A program made the position numbers and the translations under genes. Below, one piece after another: positions 24,181-37,540 of a DNA stretch of 64,000 bases. Origin of the DNA: Eledone cirrhosa (taxonomy: Eukaryota); contig OZ024744.1 of the NCBI GenBank assembly GCA_964016885.1, positions 131,068,001 through 131,132,000 on the forward strand. The letters are read 5' to 3'. Within the stretch, counting starts at the first letter, position 1. Every line of letters starts with the position of its first letter. The notes under the pieces are model-generated. The model searched no databases and had not been told where the DNA came from. It saw only the letters and a list, made by a program, of their open reading frames with translations.

Positions 24181-25072
24181 AGTCGGGGTTAAGTTAAGTT
24201 GGCGTTAAGTTAAGTTAGGCTTAACTTAAGTTGGGGTTCAGTTAAGTTGGGGGTAAGTTAAGTTGGGGGTAAGTTAAGTTGGGGGTAAGTTAAGTTGGGG
24301 TTAAGTTAAGTTGCGGTTAAGTTGGGGTTAAGTTAAGTTAGGGTTAAGTTAAGTTGGGGTTGAGTTAAGTTGGGGTTAATTAAGTGGTGGTTATGTTAAG
24401 TTGGGGTTAAGTTAAGTTGGGGTTAAGTTAAGTTGGGGTTAAGTTAAGTTGGGGTTTATTTAAGTTGGGGTTAAGTTAAGTTGGGGTTCAGTTAAGTTGG
24501 GGTTCAGTTAAGTTGGGGTTAAGTTAAGTTGGGGTTAAGATGGGGTTAAATTACGTTGGAGTTAAGTTAAGTTGGGGTTAAGTTAAGTTGGGGTTAAGTT
24601 AAGTTGGGGTTAAGTTAAGTCGGGGTTAATTTAAGTCGGGGTTAAGTTAAGTTAGGGTTCAGTTAAGTTGGGGTTAAGTTAAGTTGGGGTTGAGTTAAGT
24701 TGGGGTTGAGTTAAATTGGGGTTCAGTTAAGTTGGGGTTGAGTTAAGTTGGTGTTGAGTTAAGTTGGGGTTAAGTTAAATTGGGGTTAAATTAAGTTGCA
24801 GTTAAGTTAAGTTGAGGTTAAGTTAAGGTGCGGTTAAGTTAAGTTGGGGTTAAGTTAAGTTGGGGCTAAGTTAAGTTGGGGCTAAGTTAAGTTGGGGCTA
24901 AGTTAAGTTGGGGTTAAGTTAAGTTGGGGTTAATTTAAGTTGGGGTTAAGTTAAGTTGGGGTTAAGTTAAGTTGGGTTTAAGTTAAGTTGGTTAGTTAAG
25001 TTGAGTTTAAGTTAAGTTGGGGTTAATTTAAGTTGGGGTTAAGTTAAGTTGGGGTTAAGTTAAGTTGGGGTT

Positions 25073-25247
25073 AACCCCAACTTAACTTAACCCCAACTTC
25101 ACTCAACCCCAACGTAACTCAACCCCAACTTAACTTAACCCCAACTTCACTCAACCCCAACTTAACTTAACCCCAACTTCACTCAACCCCAACTTCCAAC
25201 TTGACTTAACCCCAACTTAACTTAGCCCCAACTTAACTTAAGCCCAA
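25073..25247 (-). repeat. Inverted satellite island 12, subtype B, 175 bp
   Basis: Shared junctions and scar. Confidence 0.95.
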
Positions 25248-26569
25248 AGTCGGGGTTAAGTTAAGTTGGCGTTAAGTTAAGTTAGGCTTAACTTAAGTTG
25301 GGGTTCAGTTAAGTTGGGGGTAAGTTAAGTTGGGGGTAAGTTAAGTTGGGGGTAAGTTAAGTTGGGGTTAAGTTAAGTTGCGGTTAAGTTGGGGTTAAGT
25401 TAAGTTAGGGTTAAGTTAAGTTGGGGTTGAGTTAAGTTGGGGTTAATTAAGTGGTGGTTATGTTAAGTTGGGGTTAAGTTAAGTTGGGGTTAAGTTAAGT
25501 TGGGGTTAAGTTAAGTTGGGGTAAAGTTGGGGTTGAGTTAAGTTGGGGTTGAGTGAAGTTGGGGTTAAGTTAAGTTGGGGTTAAGTTAAGTTGGGGTTAA
25601 GATAAGTCGGTGTTAAGTTAAGTTGTGGTTGAGTTAAGTTGGGGTTAATTTAAGTTGGGGCTAAGTTAATTTGTGGTTAAGTTAAGTTGGGGTTAAGTTA
25701 AGTTGGGGTTAAGTTAAGTTGGGGTTGAGTTAAGTTGGGGTTGAGTTAATTTGGGGTTAAGTTAAGTTGGGGTTAAGTTAAGTTGGGTTTAAGTTAAGTT
25801 GGGGTTAAATTAAGTTGGGGTTAAATTAAGTTGGGGTTAAGATAAGTTGGGGGTAAGTTAAGTTGGGGGCAAGTTAAGTTGGGGTTAATTTAAGTTGGGG
25901 CTAAGTTAAGTTGGGGCTGAGTTAAGTTGGGGTTAAGTTAAGTTGGGGTTAAGTTAAGTTGGGGTTAAGTTAAGTTGGGGTTAATTTAAGTTGGGGTTAA
26001 GTTAAGTTGCGGGTAATTTAAGTTGGGGTTAAGTTAAGTTGGGGTTAAGTTAAGTTGGGGCTAATTTAAGTTGGGGCTGAGTTAAGTTGGGGTTAAGTTA
26101 AGTTGGGGTTAAGTTAAGTTGGGGTTAAGTTAAGTTGGGGTTAAGTTAAGTTGGGGTTTATTTAAGTTGGGGTTAAGTTAAGTTGGGGTTCAGTTAAGTT
26201 GGGGTTCAGTTAAGTTGGGGTTAAGTTAAGTTGGGGTTAAGATGGGGTTAAATTACGTTGGAGTTAAGTTAAGTTGGGGTTAAGTTAAGTTGGGGTTAAG
26301 TTAAGTTGGGGTTAAGTTAAGTCGGGGTTAATTTAAGTCGGGGTTAAGTTAAGTTAGGGTTCAGTTAAGTTGGGGTTAAGTTAAGTTGGGGTTGAGTTAA
26401 GTTGGGGTTGAGTTAAATTGGGGTTGAGTTAAGTTGGGGTTGAGTTAAGTTGGTGTTGAGTTAAGTTGGGGTTAAGTTAAATTGGGGTTAAATTAAGTTG
26501 CAGTTAAGTTAAGTTGAGGTTAAGTTAAGGTGCGGTTAAGTTAAGTTGGGGTTAAGTTAAGTTGGGGTT

Positions 26570-26744
26570 AACCCCAACATAACTTAACCCCAACTTCACT
26601 CAACCCCAACGTAACTCAACCCCAACTTAACTTAACCCCAACTTCACTCAACCCCAACTTAACTTAACCTCAACTTCACTCAACCCCAACTTCCAACTTG
26701 ACTTAACCCCAACTTAACTTAGCCCCAACTTAACTTAAGCCCAA
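26570..26744 (-). repeat. Inverted satellite island 13, subtype B, 175 bp
   Basis: Shared junctions and scar. Private variants AACATAAC and ACCTCAAC. Confidence 0.95.
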
Positions 26745-28686
26745 AGTCGGGGTTAAGTTAAGTTGGCGTTAAGTTAAGTTAGGCTTAACTTAAGTTGGGG
26801 TTCAGTTAAGTTGGGGGTAAGTTAAGTTGGGGGTAAGTTAAGTTGGGGGTAAGTTAAGTTGGGGTTAAGTTAAGTTGCGGTTAAGTTGGGGTTAATTTAA
26901 GTTAGGGTTAAGTTAAGTTGGGGTTGAGTTAAGTTGGGGTTAATTAAGTGGTGGTTATGTTAAGTTGGGGTTAAGTTAAGTTGGGGTTAAGTTAAGTTGG
27001 GGTTAAGTTAAGTTGGGGTAAAGTTGGGGTTGAGTTAAGTTGGGGTTGAGTGAAGTTGGGGTTAAGTTAAGTTGGGGTTAAGATAAGTCGGGGTTAAGTT
27101 AAGTTGTGGTTGAGTTAAGTTGGGGTTAATTTAAGTTGGGGCTAAGTTAATTTGTGGTTAAGTTAAGTTGGGGTTAAGTTAAGTTGGGGTTAAGTTAAGT
27201 TGGGGTTGAGTTAAGTTGGGGTTGAGTTAATTTGGGGTTAAGTTAAGTTGGGGTTAAGTTAAGTTGGGTTTAAGTTAAGTTGGGGTTAAATTAAATTGGG
27301 GTTAAATTAAGTTGGGGTTAATTTAAGTTGGGGGTAAGTTAAGTTGGGGGCAAGTTAAGTTGGGGTTAATTTAAGTTGGGGTTAAATTAAGTTGGGGTTA
27401 CGTTAAGTTGGTGTTAAGTTAAGTTGGGGTTAATTTAAGTTGGGGTTAATTAAGTTGGGGTTAAGTTAAGTTGGGGTTAAGTTAAGTTGGGGTTAATTTA
27501 AGTTGGGGTTGAGTTAAGTTGGGGTTAAGTTAAGTTGGGGTTATATTAAGTTGGGGTTAAGTTAAGTTGGGGTTCAGTTAAATTGGGGTTAAATTAAGTT
27601 GCAGTTAAGTTAAGTTGAGGTTAAGTTAAGGTGCGGTTAAGTTAAGTTGGGGTTAAGTTAAGTTGGGGTTAAGTTAAGTCGGGGTTAAGTTAAGTTGGGG
27701 TTAAGTTAAGTTGGGGTTAAGTTAAGTTGGGGTTAAGTTAAGTTGGGGCTAAGTTAAGTTGGGGCTGAGTTAAGTTGGGGTTAAGTTAAGTTGGGGTTAA
27801 GTTAAGTTGGGGTTAAGTTAAGTTGGGGTTAATTTAAGTTGGGGTTAAGTTAAGTTGCGGGTAATTTAAGTTGGGGTTAAGTTAAGTTGGGGTTAAGTTA
27901 AGTTGGGGCTAATTTAAGTTGGGGCTGAGTTAAGTTGGGGTTAAGTTAAGTTGGGGTTAAGTTAAGTTGGGGTTAAGTTAAGTTGGGGTTAAGTTAAGTT
28001 GGGGTTTATTTAAGTTGGGGTTAAGTTAAGTTGGGGTTCAGTTAATTTGGGGTTCAGTTAAGTTGGGGTTAAGTTAAGTTGGGGTTAAGATGGGGTTAAA
28101 TTACGTTGGAGTTAAGTTAAGTCGGGGTTAATTTAAGTCGGGGTTAAGTTAAGTTAGGGTTCAGTTAAGTTGGGGTTAAGTTAAGTTGGGGTTGAGTTAA
28201 GTTGGGGTTGAGTTAAATTGGGGTTGAGTTAAGTTGGGATTGAGTTAAGTTGGTGTTGAGTTAAGTTGGGGTTAAGTTAAATTGGGGTTAAATTAAGTTG
28301 CAGTTAAGTTAAGTTGAGGTTAAGTTAAGGTGCGGTTAAGTTAAGTTGGGGTTAAGTTAAGTTGGGGCTAAGTTAAGTTGGGGCTAAGTTAAGTTGGGGC
28401 TAAGTTAAGTTGGGGTTAAGTTAAGTTGGGGTTAAGTTAAGTCGGGGTTAAGTTAAGTTGGGGTTAAGTTAAGTTGGGGTTAATTTAAGTTGGGGTTAAG
28501 TTAAGTTGGGGTTAAGTTAAGTTGGGTTTAAGTTAAGTTGGGGTTAAGTTAAGTTGGGGTTAAGTTAAGTTGGGGTTAAGTTAAGTTGGTTAGTTAAGTT
28601 GAGTTTAAGTTAAGTTGGGGTTAATTTAAGTTGGGGTTAAGTTAAGTTGGGGTTAAGTTAAGTTGGGGTTAAGTTAAGTTGGGGTT

Positions 28687-28861
28687 AACCCCAACTTAAC
28701 TTAACCCCAACTTCACTCAACCCCAACGTAACTCAACCCCAACTTAACTTAACCCCAACTTCACTCAACCCCAACTTAACTTAACCCCAACTTCACTCAA
28801 CCCCAACTTCCAACTTGACTTAACCCCAACTTAACTTAGCCCCAACTTAACTTAAGCCCAA
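28687..28861 (-). repeat. Inverted satellite island 14, subtype B, 175 bp
   Basis: Shared junctions and scar. Confidence 0.95.
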
Positions 28862-29865
28862 AGTCGGGGTTAAGTTAAGTTGGCGTTAAGTTAAGTTAGG
28901 CTTAACTTAAGTTGGGGTTCAGTTAAGTTGGGGGTAAGTTAAGTTGGGGGTAAGTTAAGTTGGGGGTAAGTTAAGTTGGGGTTAAGTTAAGTTGCGGTTA
29001 AGTTGGGGTTAAGTTAAGTTAGGGTTAAGTTAAGTTGGGGTTGAGTTAAGTTGGGGTTAATTAAGTGGTGGTTATGTTAAGTTGGGGTTAAGTTAAGTTG
29101 GGGTTAAGTTAAGGTGGGGTTAAGTTAAGTTGGGGTTTATTTAAGTTGGGGTTAAGTTAAGTTGGGGTTCAGTTAAGTTGGGGTTCAGTTAAGTTGGGGT
29201 TAAGTTAAGTTGGGGTTAAGATGGGGTTAAATTACGTTGGAGTTAAATTAAGTTGGGGTTAAGTTAAGTTGGGGTTAAGTTAAGTTGGGGTTAAGTTAAG
29301 TCGGGGTTAATTTAAGTCGGGGTTAAGTTAAGTTAGGGTTCAGTTAAGTTGGGGTTAAGTTAAGTTGGGGTTGAGTTAAGTTGGGGTTGAGTTAAATTGG
29401 GGTTCAGTTAAGTTGGGGTTGAGTTAAGTTGGTGTTGAGTTAAGTTGGGGTTAAGTTAAATTGGGGTTAAATTAAGTTGCAGTTAAGTTAAGTTGAGGTT
29501 AAGTTAAGGTGCGGTTAAGTTAAGTTGGGGTTAAGTTAAGTTGGGGCTAAGTTAAGTTGGGGCTAAGTTAAGTTGGGGCTAAGTTAAGTTGGGGTTAAGT
29601 TAAGTTGGGGTTAAGTTAAGTCGGGGTTAAGTTAAGTTGGGGTTAAGTTAAGTTGGGGTTAATTTAAGTTGGGGTTAAGTTAAGTTGGGGTTAAGTTAAG
29701 TTGGGTTTAAGTTAAGTTGGGGTTAAGTTAAGTTGGGGTTAAGTTAAGTTGGGGTTAAGTTAAGTTGGTTAGTTAAGTTGAGTTTAAGTTAAGTTGGGGT
29801 TAATTTAAGTTGGGGTTAAGTTAAGTTGGGGTTAAGGTAAGTTGGGGTTAAGTTAAGTTGGGGTT

Positions 29866-30040
29866 AACCCCAACTTAACTTAACCCCAACTTCACTCAAC
29901 CCCAACGTAACTCAACCCCAACTTAACTTAACCCCAACTTCACTCAACCCCAACTTAACTTAACCCCAACTTCACTCAACCCCAACTTCCAACTTGACTT
30001 AACCCCAACTTAACTTAGCCCCAACTTAACTTAAGCCCAA
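29866..30040 (-). repeat. Inverted satellite island 15, subtype B, 175 bp
   Basis: Shared junctions and scar. Confidence 0.95.
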
Positions 30041-32082
30041 AGTCGGGGTTAAGTTAAGTTGGCGTTAAGTTAAGTTAGGCTTAACTTAAGTTGGGGTTCA
30101 GTTAAGTTGGGGGTAAGTTAAGTTGGGGGTAAGTTAAGTTGGGGGTAAGTTAAGTTGGGGTTAAGTTAAGTTGCGGTTAAGTTGGGGTTAAGTTAAGTTA
30201 GGGTTAAGTTAAGTTGGGGTTGAGTTAAGTTGGGGTTAATTAAGTGGTGGTTATGTTAAGTTGGGGTTAAGTTAAGTTGGGGTTAAGTTAAGTTGGGGTT
30301 AAGTTAAGTTGGGGTAAAGTTGGGGTTGAGTTAAGTTGGGGTTGAGTGAAGTTGGGGTTAAGTTAAGTTGGGGTTAAGTTAAGTTGGGGTTAAGATAAGT
30401 CGGGGTTAAGTTAAGTTGTGGTTGAGTTAAGTTGGGGTTAATTTAAGTTGGGGCTAAGTTAATTTGTGGTTAAGTTAAGTTGGGGTTAAGTTAAGTTGGG
30501 GTTAAGTTAAGTTGGGGTTGAGTTAAGTTGGGGTTGAGTTAATTTGGGGTTAAGTTAAGTTGGGGTTAAGTTAAGTTGGGTTTAAGTTAAGTTGGGGTTA
30601 AATTAAGTTGGGGTTAAATTAAGTTGGGGTTAATTTAAGTTGGGGGTAAGTTAAGTTGGGGGCAAGTTAAGTTGGGGTTAATTTAAGTTGGGGTTAAATT
30701 AAGTTGGGTTACGTTAAGTTGGTGTTAAGTTAAGTTGGGGTTAATTTAAGTTGGGGTTAATTAAGTTGGGGTTAAGTTAAGTTGGGGTTAAGTTAAGTTG
30801 GAGTTAATTTAAGTTGGGGTTGAGTTAAGTTGGGGTTAAGTTAAGTTGGGGTTATATTAAGTTGGGGTTAAGTTAAGTTGGGGTTCAGTTAAGTTGGGGT
30901 TAAGTTAAGTTGGGGTTAAGTTAAGTTGGTGTTAAGTTAAGTTGGGGTTAAGTTAAGTTGGGGTTAAGATAAGTCGGGGTTAAGTTAAGTTGTGGTTGAA
31001 TGAAGTTGGGGTTAAGTTAAGTTGGGGTTAAGTTAAGTTGGGGTTAAGATAAGTCGGGGTTAAGTTAAGTTGTGGTTGAGTTAAGTTGGGGTTAATTTAA
31101 GTTGGGGTTAAGTTAAGTTGGGGTTAAGTTAAGTTGGGGTTGAGTTAAGTTGGGGTTGAGTTAATTTGGGGTTAAGTTAAGTTGGGGTTAAGTTAAGTTG
31201 GGTTTAAGTTAAGTTGGGGTTAAATTAAGTTGGGGTTAAATTAAGTTGGGGTTAAGTTAAGTTGGGGGTAAGTTAAGTTGGGGGCAAGTTAAGTTGGGGT
31301 TAATTTAAGTTGGTGTTAAGTTAAGTTGGGGCTAAGTTAAGTTGGGGCTGAGTTAAGTTGGGGCTGAGTTAAGTTGGGGCTAAGTTAAGTTGGGGTTGAG
31401 TTAAGTTGGGGTTAAGTTAAGTTGGGGTTAAGTTAAGTTGGGGTTAAGTTAAGTTAGGTTTAAGTTAAGTTGGGGTTAAGTTAAGTTGGGGTTAAGTTAA
31501 GTTGGGGTTAAGTTAAGTTGGGGTTAAGTTAAGTTGGGGTTAAGTTAATTTGTGGTTAAGTTAAGTTGTGGTTAAGTTAAGTTGGGGTTAAGTTAAGTTG
31601 GGCTTAAGTTAAGTCGGGGTTAAGTTAAGTTGGGGTTAAGTTAAGTTGGGGTTAATTTAAGTTGGGGTTAAGTTAAGTTGGGGTTAAGTTAAGTTGGGTT
31701 TAAGTTAAGTTGGGGTTAAGTTAAGTTGAGGTTAAGTTAAGTTGGGGTTAAATTAAGTTGGGGTTAAGTTAAGTTGGGGTTAAGTTAAGTTGGGGTTAAG
31801 TTAAGTTGGGGTTAAGTTAAGTTGGGGCTAAGTTAAGTTGGAGCTGAGTTAAGTTGGGGTTAAGTTAAATTGGGGTTAAGTTAAGTTGGGGTTAAGTTAA
31901 GTTGGGGTTAAGTTAAGTTGGGGTTTATTTAAGTTGGGGTTAAGTTAAGTTGGGGTTAAGTTAAGTTGGGGTTAAGTTAAGTTGGTTAGTTAAGTTGAGT
32001 TTAAGTTAAGTTGGGGTTAATTTAAGTTGGGGTTAAGTTAAGTTGGGGTTAAGTTAAGTTGGGGTTAAGTTAAGTTGGGGTT

Positions 32083-32257
32083 AACCCCAACTTAACTTAA
32101 CCCCAACTTCACTCAACCCCAACGTAACTCAACCCCAACTTAACTTAACCCCAACTTCACTCAACCCCAACTTAACTTAACCCCAACTTCACTCAACCCG
32201 AACTTCCAACTTGACTTAACCCCAACTTAACTTAGCCCCAACTTAACTTAAGCCCAA
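32083..32257 (-). repeat. Inverted satellite island 16, subtype B, 175 bp
   Basis: Shared junctions and scar. Private CCCGAAC variant. Confidence 0.95.
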
Positions 32258-34871
32258 AGTCGGGGTTAAGTTAAGTTGGCGTTAAGTTAAGTTAGGCTTA
32301 ACTTAAGTTGGGGTTCAGTTAAGTTGGGGGTAAGTTAAGTTGGGGGTAAGTTAAGTTGGGGGTAAGTTAAGTTGGGGTTAAGTTAAGTTGCGGTTAAGTT
32401 GGGGTTAAGTTAAGTTAGGGTTAAGTTAAGTTGGGGTTGAGTTAAGTTGGGGTTAATTAAGTGGTGGTTATGTTAAGTTGGGGTTAAGTTAAGTTGGGGT
32501 TAAGTTAAGTTGGGGTTAAGTTAAGTTGGGGTAAAGTTGGGGTTGAGTTAAGTTGGGGTTGAGTGAAGTTGGGGTTAAGTTAAGTTGGGGTTAAGTTAAG
32601 TTGGGGTTAAGATAAGTCGGGGTTAAGTTAAGTTGTGGTTGAGTTAAGTTGGGGTTAATTTAAGTTGGGGCTAAGTTAATTTGTGGTTAAGTTAAGTTGG
32701 GGTTAAGTTAAGTTGGGGTTAAGTTAAGTTGGGGTTGAATTAAGTTGGGGTTGAGTTAATTTGGGGTTAAGTTAAGTTGGGGTTAAGTTAAGTTGGGTTT
32801 AAGTTAAGTTGGGGTTAAATTAAGTTGGGGTTAAATTAAGTTGGGGTTAAGTTAAGTTGGGGGTAAGTTAAGTTGGGGGCAAGTTAAGTTGGGGTTAATT
32901 TAAGTTGGGGTTAAATTAAGTTGGGGTTACGTTAAGTTGGTGTTAAGTTAAGTTGGGGTTAATTTAAGTTGGGGTTAATTAAGTTGGGGTTAAGTTAAGT
33001 TGGGGTTAAGTTAAGTTCGGGTTAATTTAAGTTGGGGTTGAGTTAAGTTGGGGTTAAGTTAAGTTGGGGTTAATTTAAGTTGGGGTTAAGTTAAGTTGGG
33101 GTTCAGTTAAGTTGGGGTTAAGTTAAGTTGGGGTTAAGTTAAGTTGAGGTTAAGTTAAGTTGGGGTTAAGTTAAGTTGGTGTTAAGTTAAGTTGGGGCTA
33201 AGTTAAGTTGGGGCTGAGTTAAGTTGGGGCTGAGTTAAGTTGGGGCTAAGTTAAGTTGGGGTTGAGTTAAGTTGGGGTTAAGTTAAGTTGGGGTTAAGTT
33301 AAGTTGGGGTTAAGTTAAGTTGGGGTTCAGTTAAGTTGGGGTTAAGTTAAGTTGGGGTTAAGTTAAGTTGAGGTTAAGTTAAGTTGGGGTTAAGTTAAGT
33401 TGGTGTTAAGTTAAGTTGGGGCTAAGTTAAGTTGGGGCTGAGTTAAGTTGGGGCTGAGTTAAGTTGGGGCTAAGTTAAGTTGGGGTTGAGTTAAGTTGGG
33501 GTTAAGTTAAGTTGGGGTTAAGTTAAGTTGGGGTTAAGTTAAGTTAGGTTTAAGTTAAGTTGGGGTTAAGTTAAGTTGGGGTTAAGTTAAGTTGGGGTTA
33601 AGTTAAGTTGGGGTTAAGTTAAGTTGGGGATAAGTTAAGTTGGGGATAATTTGAGTTGGGGTTAAGTTAAGTTGGGTTTAAGTTAAGTTGGGGTTAAGTT
33701 AAGTTGGGGTTAAGTTAAGTTGGGGCTAAGTTAAGTTGGGGCTGAGTTAAGTTGGGGTTAAGTTAAATTGGGGTTAAGTTAAGTTGGGGTTAAGTTAAGT
33801 TGGGGTTAAGTTAAGTTGGGGTTTATTTAAGTTGGGGTTAAGTTAAGTTGGGGTTCAGTTAAGTTGGGGTTCAGTTAAGTTGGGGTTAAGTTAAGTTGGG
33901 GTTTAGATGGGGTTAAATTAAGTTGGGGTTAAGTTAAGTTGGGGTTAAGTTAAGTTGGGGTTAAGCTAAGTTGGGGTTAAGTTAAGTCGGGGTTAAGTTA
34001 AGTCGGGGTTAAGTTAAGTTAGGGTTCAGTTAAGTTGGGGTTAAGTTAAGTTGGTGTTAAGTTAAGTTGGGGCTAAGTTAAGTTGGGGCTGAGTTAAGTT
34101 GGGGCTGAGTTAAGTTGGGGCTAAGTTAAGTTGGGGTTGAGTTAAGTTGGGGTTAAGTTAAGTTGGGGTTAAGTTAAGTTGGGGTTAAGTTAAGTTAGGT
34201 TTAAGTTAAGTTGGGGTTAAGTTAAGTTGGGGTTAAGTTAAGTTGGGGTTAAGTTAAGTTGGGGTTAAGTTAAGTTGGGGTTAAGTTAATTTGTGGTTAA
34301 GTTAAGTTGTGGTTAAGTTAAGTTGGGGTTAAGTTAAGTTGGGCTTAAGTTAAGTCGGGGTTAAGTTAAGTTGGGGTTAAGTTAAGTTGGGGTTAAGTTA
34401 AGTTGGGTTTAAGTTAAGTTGGGGTTAAGTTAAGTTGAGGTTAAGTTAAGTTGGGGTTAAATTAAGTTGGGGTTAAGTTAAGTAGGGGTTCAGTTAAGTT
34501 GGGGTTAAGTTAAGTTGGGGATAAGTTAAGTTGGGGTTGAGTGAAGTTGGGGTTAAGTTAAGTTGGGTTTAAGTTAAGTTGGGGTTAAGTTAAGTTGGGG
34601 TTAAGTTAAGTTGGGGCTAAGTTAAGTTGGGGCTGAGTTAAGTTGGGGTTAAGTTAAATTGGGGTTAAGTTAAGTTGGGGTTAAGTTAAGTTGGGGTTAA
34701 GTTAAGTTGGGGTTTATTTAAGTTGGGGTTAAGTTAAGTTGGGGTTAAGTTAAGTTGGGGTTAAGTTAAGTTGGTTAGTTAAGTTGAGTTTAAGTTAAGT
34801 TGGGGTTAATTTAAGTTGGGGTTAAGTTAAGTTGGGGTTAAGTTAAGTTGGGGTTAAGTTAAGTTGGGGTT

Positions 34872-35046
34872 AACCCAAACTTAACTTAACCCCAACTTCA
34901 CTCAACCCCAACGTAACTCAACCCCAACTTAACTTAACCCCAACTTCACTCAACCCCAACTTAACTTAACCCAAACTTCACTCAACCCCAACTTCCAACT
35001 TGACTTAACCCCAACTTAACTTAGCCCCAACTTAACTTAAGCCCAA
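34872..35046 (-). repeat. Inverted satellite island 17, subtype B, 175 bp
   Basis: Scar present. Starts AACCCAAAC, like island 18. Confidence 0.95.
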
Positions 35047-37340
35047 AGTCGGGGTTAAGTTAAGTTGGCGTTAAGTTAAGTTAGGCTTAACTTAAGTTGG
35101 GGTTCAGTTAAGTTGGGGGTAAGTTAAGTTGGGGGTAAGTTAAGTTGGGGGTAAGTTAAGTTGGGGTTAAGTTAAGTTGCGGTTAAGTTGGGGTTAAGTT
35201 AAGTTAGGGTTAAGTTAAGTTGGGGTTGAGTTAAGTTGGGGTTAATTAAGTGGTGGTTATGTTAAGTTGGGGTTAAGTTAAGTTGGGGTTAAGTTAAGTT
35301 GGGGTTAAGTTAAGTTGGGGTAAAGTTGGGGTTGAGTTAAGTTGGGGTTGAGTGAAGTTGGGGTTAAGTTAAGTTGGGGTTAAGTTAAGTTGGGGTTAAG
35401 ATAAGTCGGGGTTAAGTTAAGTTGGGGTTGAGTTAAGTTGGGGTTAATTTAAGTTGGGGCTAAGTTAATTTGTGGTTAAGTTAAGTTGGGGTTAAGTTAA
35501 GTTGGGGTTAAGTTAAGTTGGGGTTGAGTTAAGTTGGGGTTGAGTTAATTTGGGGTTAAGTTAAGTTGGGGTTAAGTTAAGTTGGGTTTAAGTTAAGTTG
35601 GGGTTAAATTAAGTTGGGGTTAAATTAAGTTGGGGTTAAGTTAAGTTGGGGGTAAGTTAAGTTGGGGGCAAGTTAAGTTGGGGTTAATTTAAGTTGGGGT
35701 TAAATTAAGTTGGGGTTACGTTAAGTTGGTGTTAAGTTAAGTTGGGGTTAATTTAAGTTGGGGTTAATTAAGTTGGGGTTAAGTTAAGTTGGGGTTAAGT
35801 TAAGTTGGGGTTAATTTAAGTTGGGGTTGAGTTAAGTTGGGGTTAAGTTAAGTTGGGGTTATATTAAGTTGGGGTTAAGTTAAGTTGGGGTTCAGTTAAG
35901 TTGGGGTTAAGTTAAGTTGGGGTTAAGTTAAGTTGAGGTTAAGTTAAGTTGGGGTTAAGTTAAGTTGGTGTTAAGTTAAGTTGGGGCTAAGTTAAGTTGG
36001 GGCTGAGTTAAGTTGGGGCTGAGTTAAGTTGGGGCTAAGTGAAGTTGGGGTTGAGTTAAGTTGGGGTTAAGTTAAGTTGGGGTTAAGTTAAGTTGGGGTT
36101 AAGTTAAGTTAGGTTTAAGTTAAGTTGGGGTTAAGTTAAGTTGGGGTTAAGTTAAGTTGGGGTTAAGTTAAGTTGGGGTTAAGTTAAGTTGGGGTTAAGT
36201 TAATTTGTGGTTAAGTTAAGTTGTGGTTAAGTTAAGTTGGGGTTAAGTTAAGTTGGGCTTAAGTTAAGTCGGGGTTAAGTTAAGTTGGGGTTAAGTTAAG
36301 TTGGGGTTAATTTAAGTTGGGGTTAAGTTAAGTTGGGGTTAAGTTAAGTTGGGTTTAAGTTAAGTTGGGGTTAAGTTAAGTTGAGGTTAAGTTAAGTTGG
36401 GGTTAAATTAAGTTGGGGTTAAGTTAAGTTGGGGTTAAGTTAAGTTGGGGTTAAGTTAAGTTGGGGATAAGTTAAGTTGGGGATAATTTAAGTTGGGGTT
36501 AAGTTAAGTTGGGTTTAAGTTAAGTTGGGGTTAAGTTAAGTTGGGGTTAAGTTAAGTTGGGGCTAAGTTAAGTTGGGGCTGAGTTAAGTTGGGGTTAAGT
36601 TAAATTGGGGTTAAGTTAAGTTGGGGTTAATTTAAGTTGGGGTTAAGTTAAGTTGGGGTTTATTTAAGTTGGGGTTAAGTTAAGTCGGGGTTAAGTTAAG
36701 TTGGGGTTTAGATGGGGTTAAATTAAGTTGGGGTTAAGTTAAGTTGGGGTTAAGTTAAGTTGGGGTTAAGCTAAGTTGGGGTTAAGTTAAGTCGGGGTTA
36801 AGTTAAGTCGGGGTTAAGTTAAGTTAGGGTTCAGTTAAGTTGGGGTTAAGTTAAGTTGGGGTTGAGTTAAGTTGGGGTTGAGTTAAGTTGGGGTTACGTT
36901 AAGTTGGGGTTAAGTTAAGTTGCAGTTAAGTTAAGTTGAGGTTAAGTTAAGGTGCGGTTAAGTTAAGTTGGGGTTAAGTTAAGTTGGGGCTAAGTTAAGT
37001 TGGGGCTAAGTTAAGTTGGGGCTAAGTTAAGTTGGGGTTAAGTTAAGTCGGGGTTAAGTTAAGTTGGGGTTAAGTTAATTTGGGGTTAATTTAAGTTGGG
37101 GTTAAGTTAAGTTGGGGTTAAGTTAAGTTGGGGTTAAGTTAAGTTGGGGTTGAGTTAAGTTGGGTTTAAGTTAAGTTGGGGTTAAGTTAAGTTGGGGTCA
37201 AGTTAAGTTGGGGTTAAGTTAAGTTGGTTAGTTAAGTTGAGTTTAAGTTAAGTTGGGGTTAATTTAAGTTGGGGTTAAGTTAAGTTGGGGTTCAGTTAAG
37301 TTGGGGTTAAGTTAAGTTGGGGTTAAGTTAAGTTGGGGTT

Positions 37341-37540
37341 AACCCAAACTTAACTTAACCCCAACTTCACTCAACCCCAACGTAACTCAACCCCAACTTA
37401 ACTTAACCCCAACTTCACTCAACCCCAACTTAACTTAACCCCAACTTCACTCAACACCAACTTAAGTCAACCCCAACTTAACTTAACCCCAACTTGACTT
37501 AACCCCAACTTAAATTAGCCCCAACTTAACCTAAGCCCAA
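37341..37540 (-). repeat. Inverted satellite island 18, subtype C, 200 bp
   Basis: AAGTCAACC and AAATTAGCCCC markers. Starts AACCCAAAC. Confidence 0.95.
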
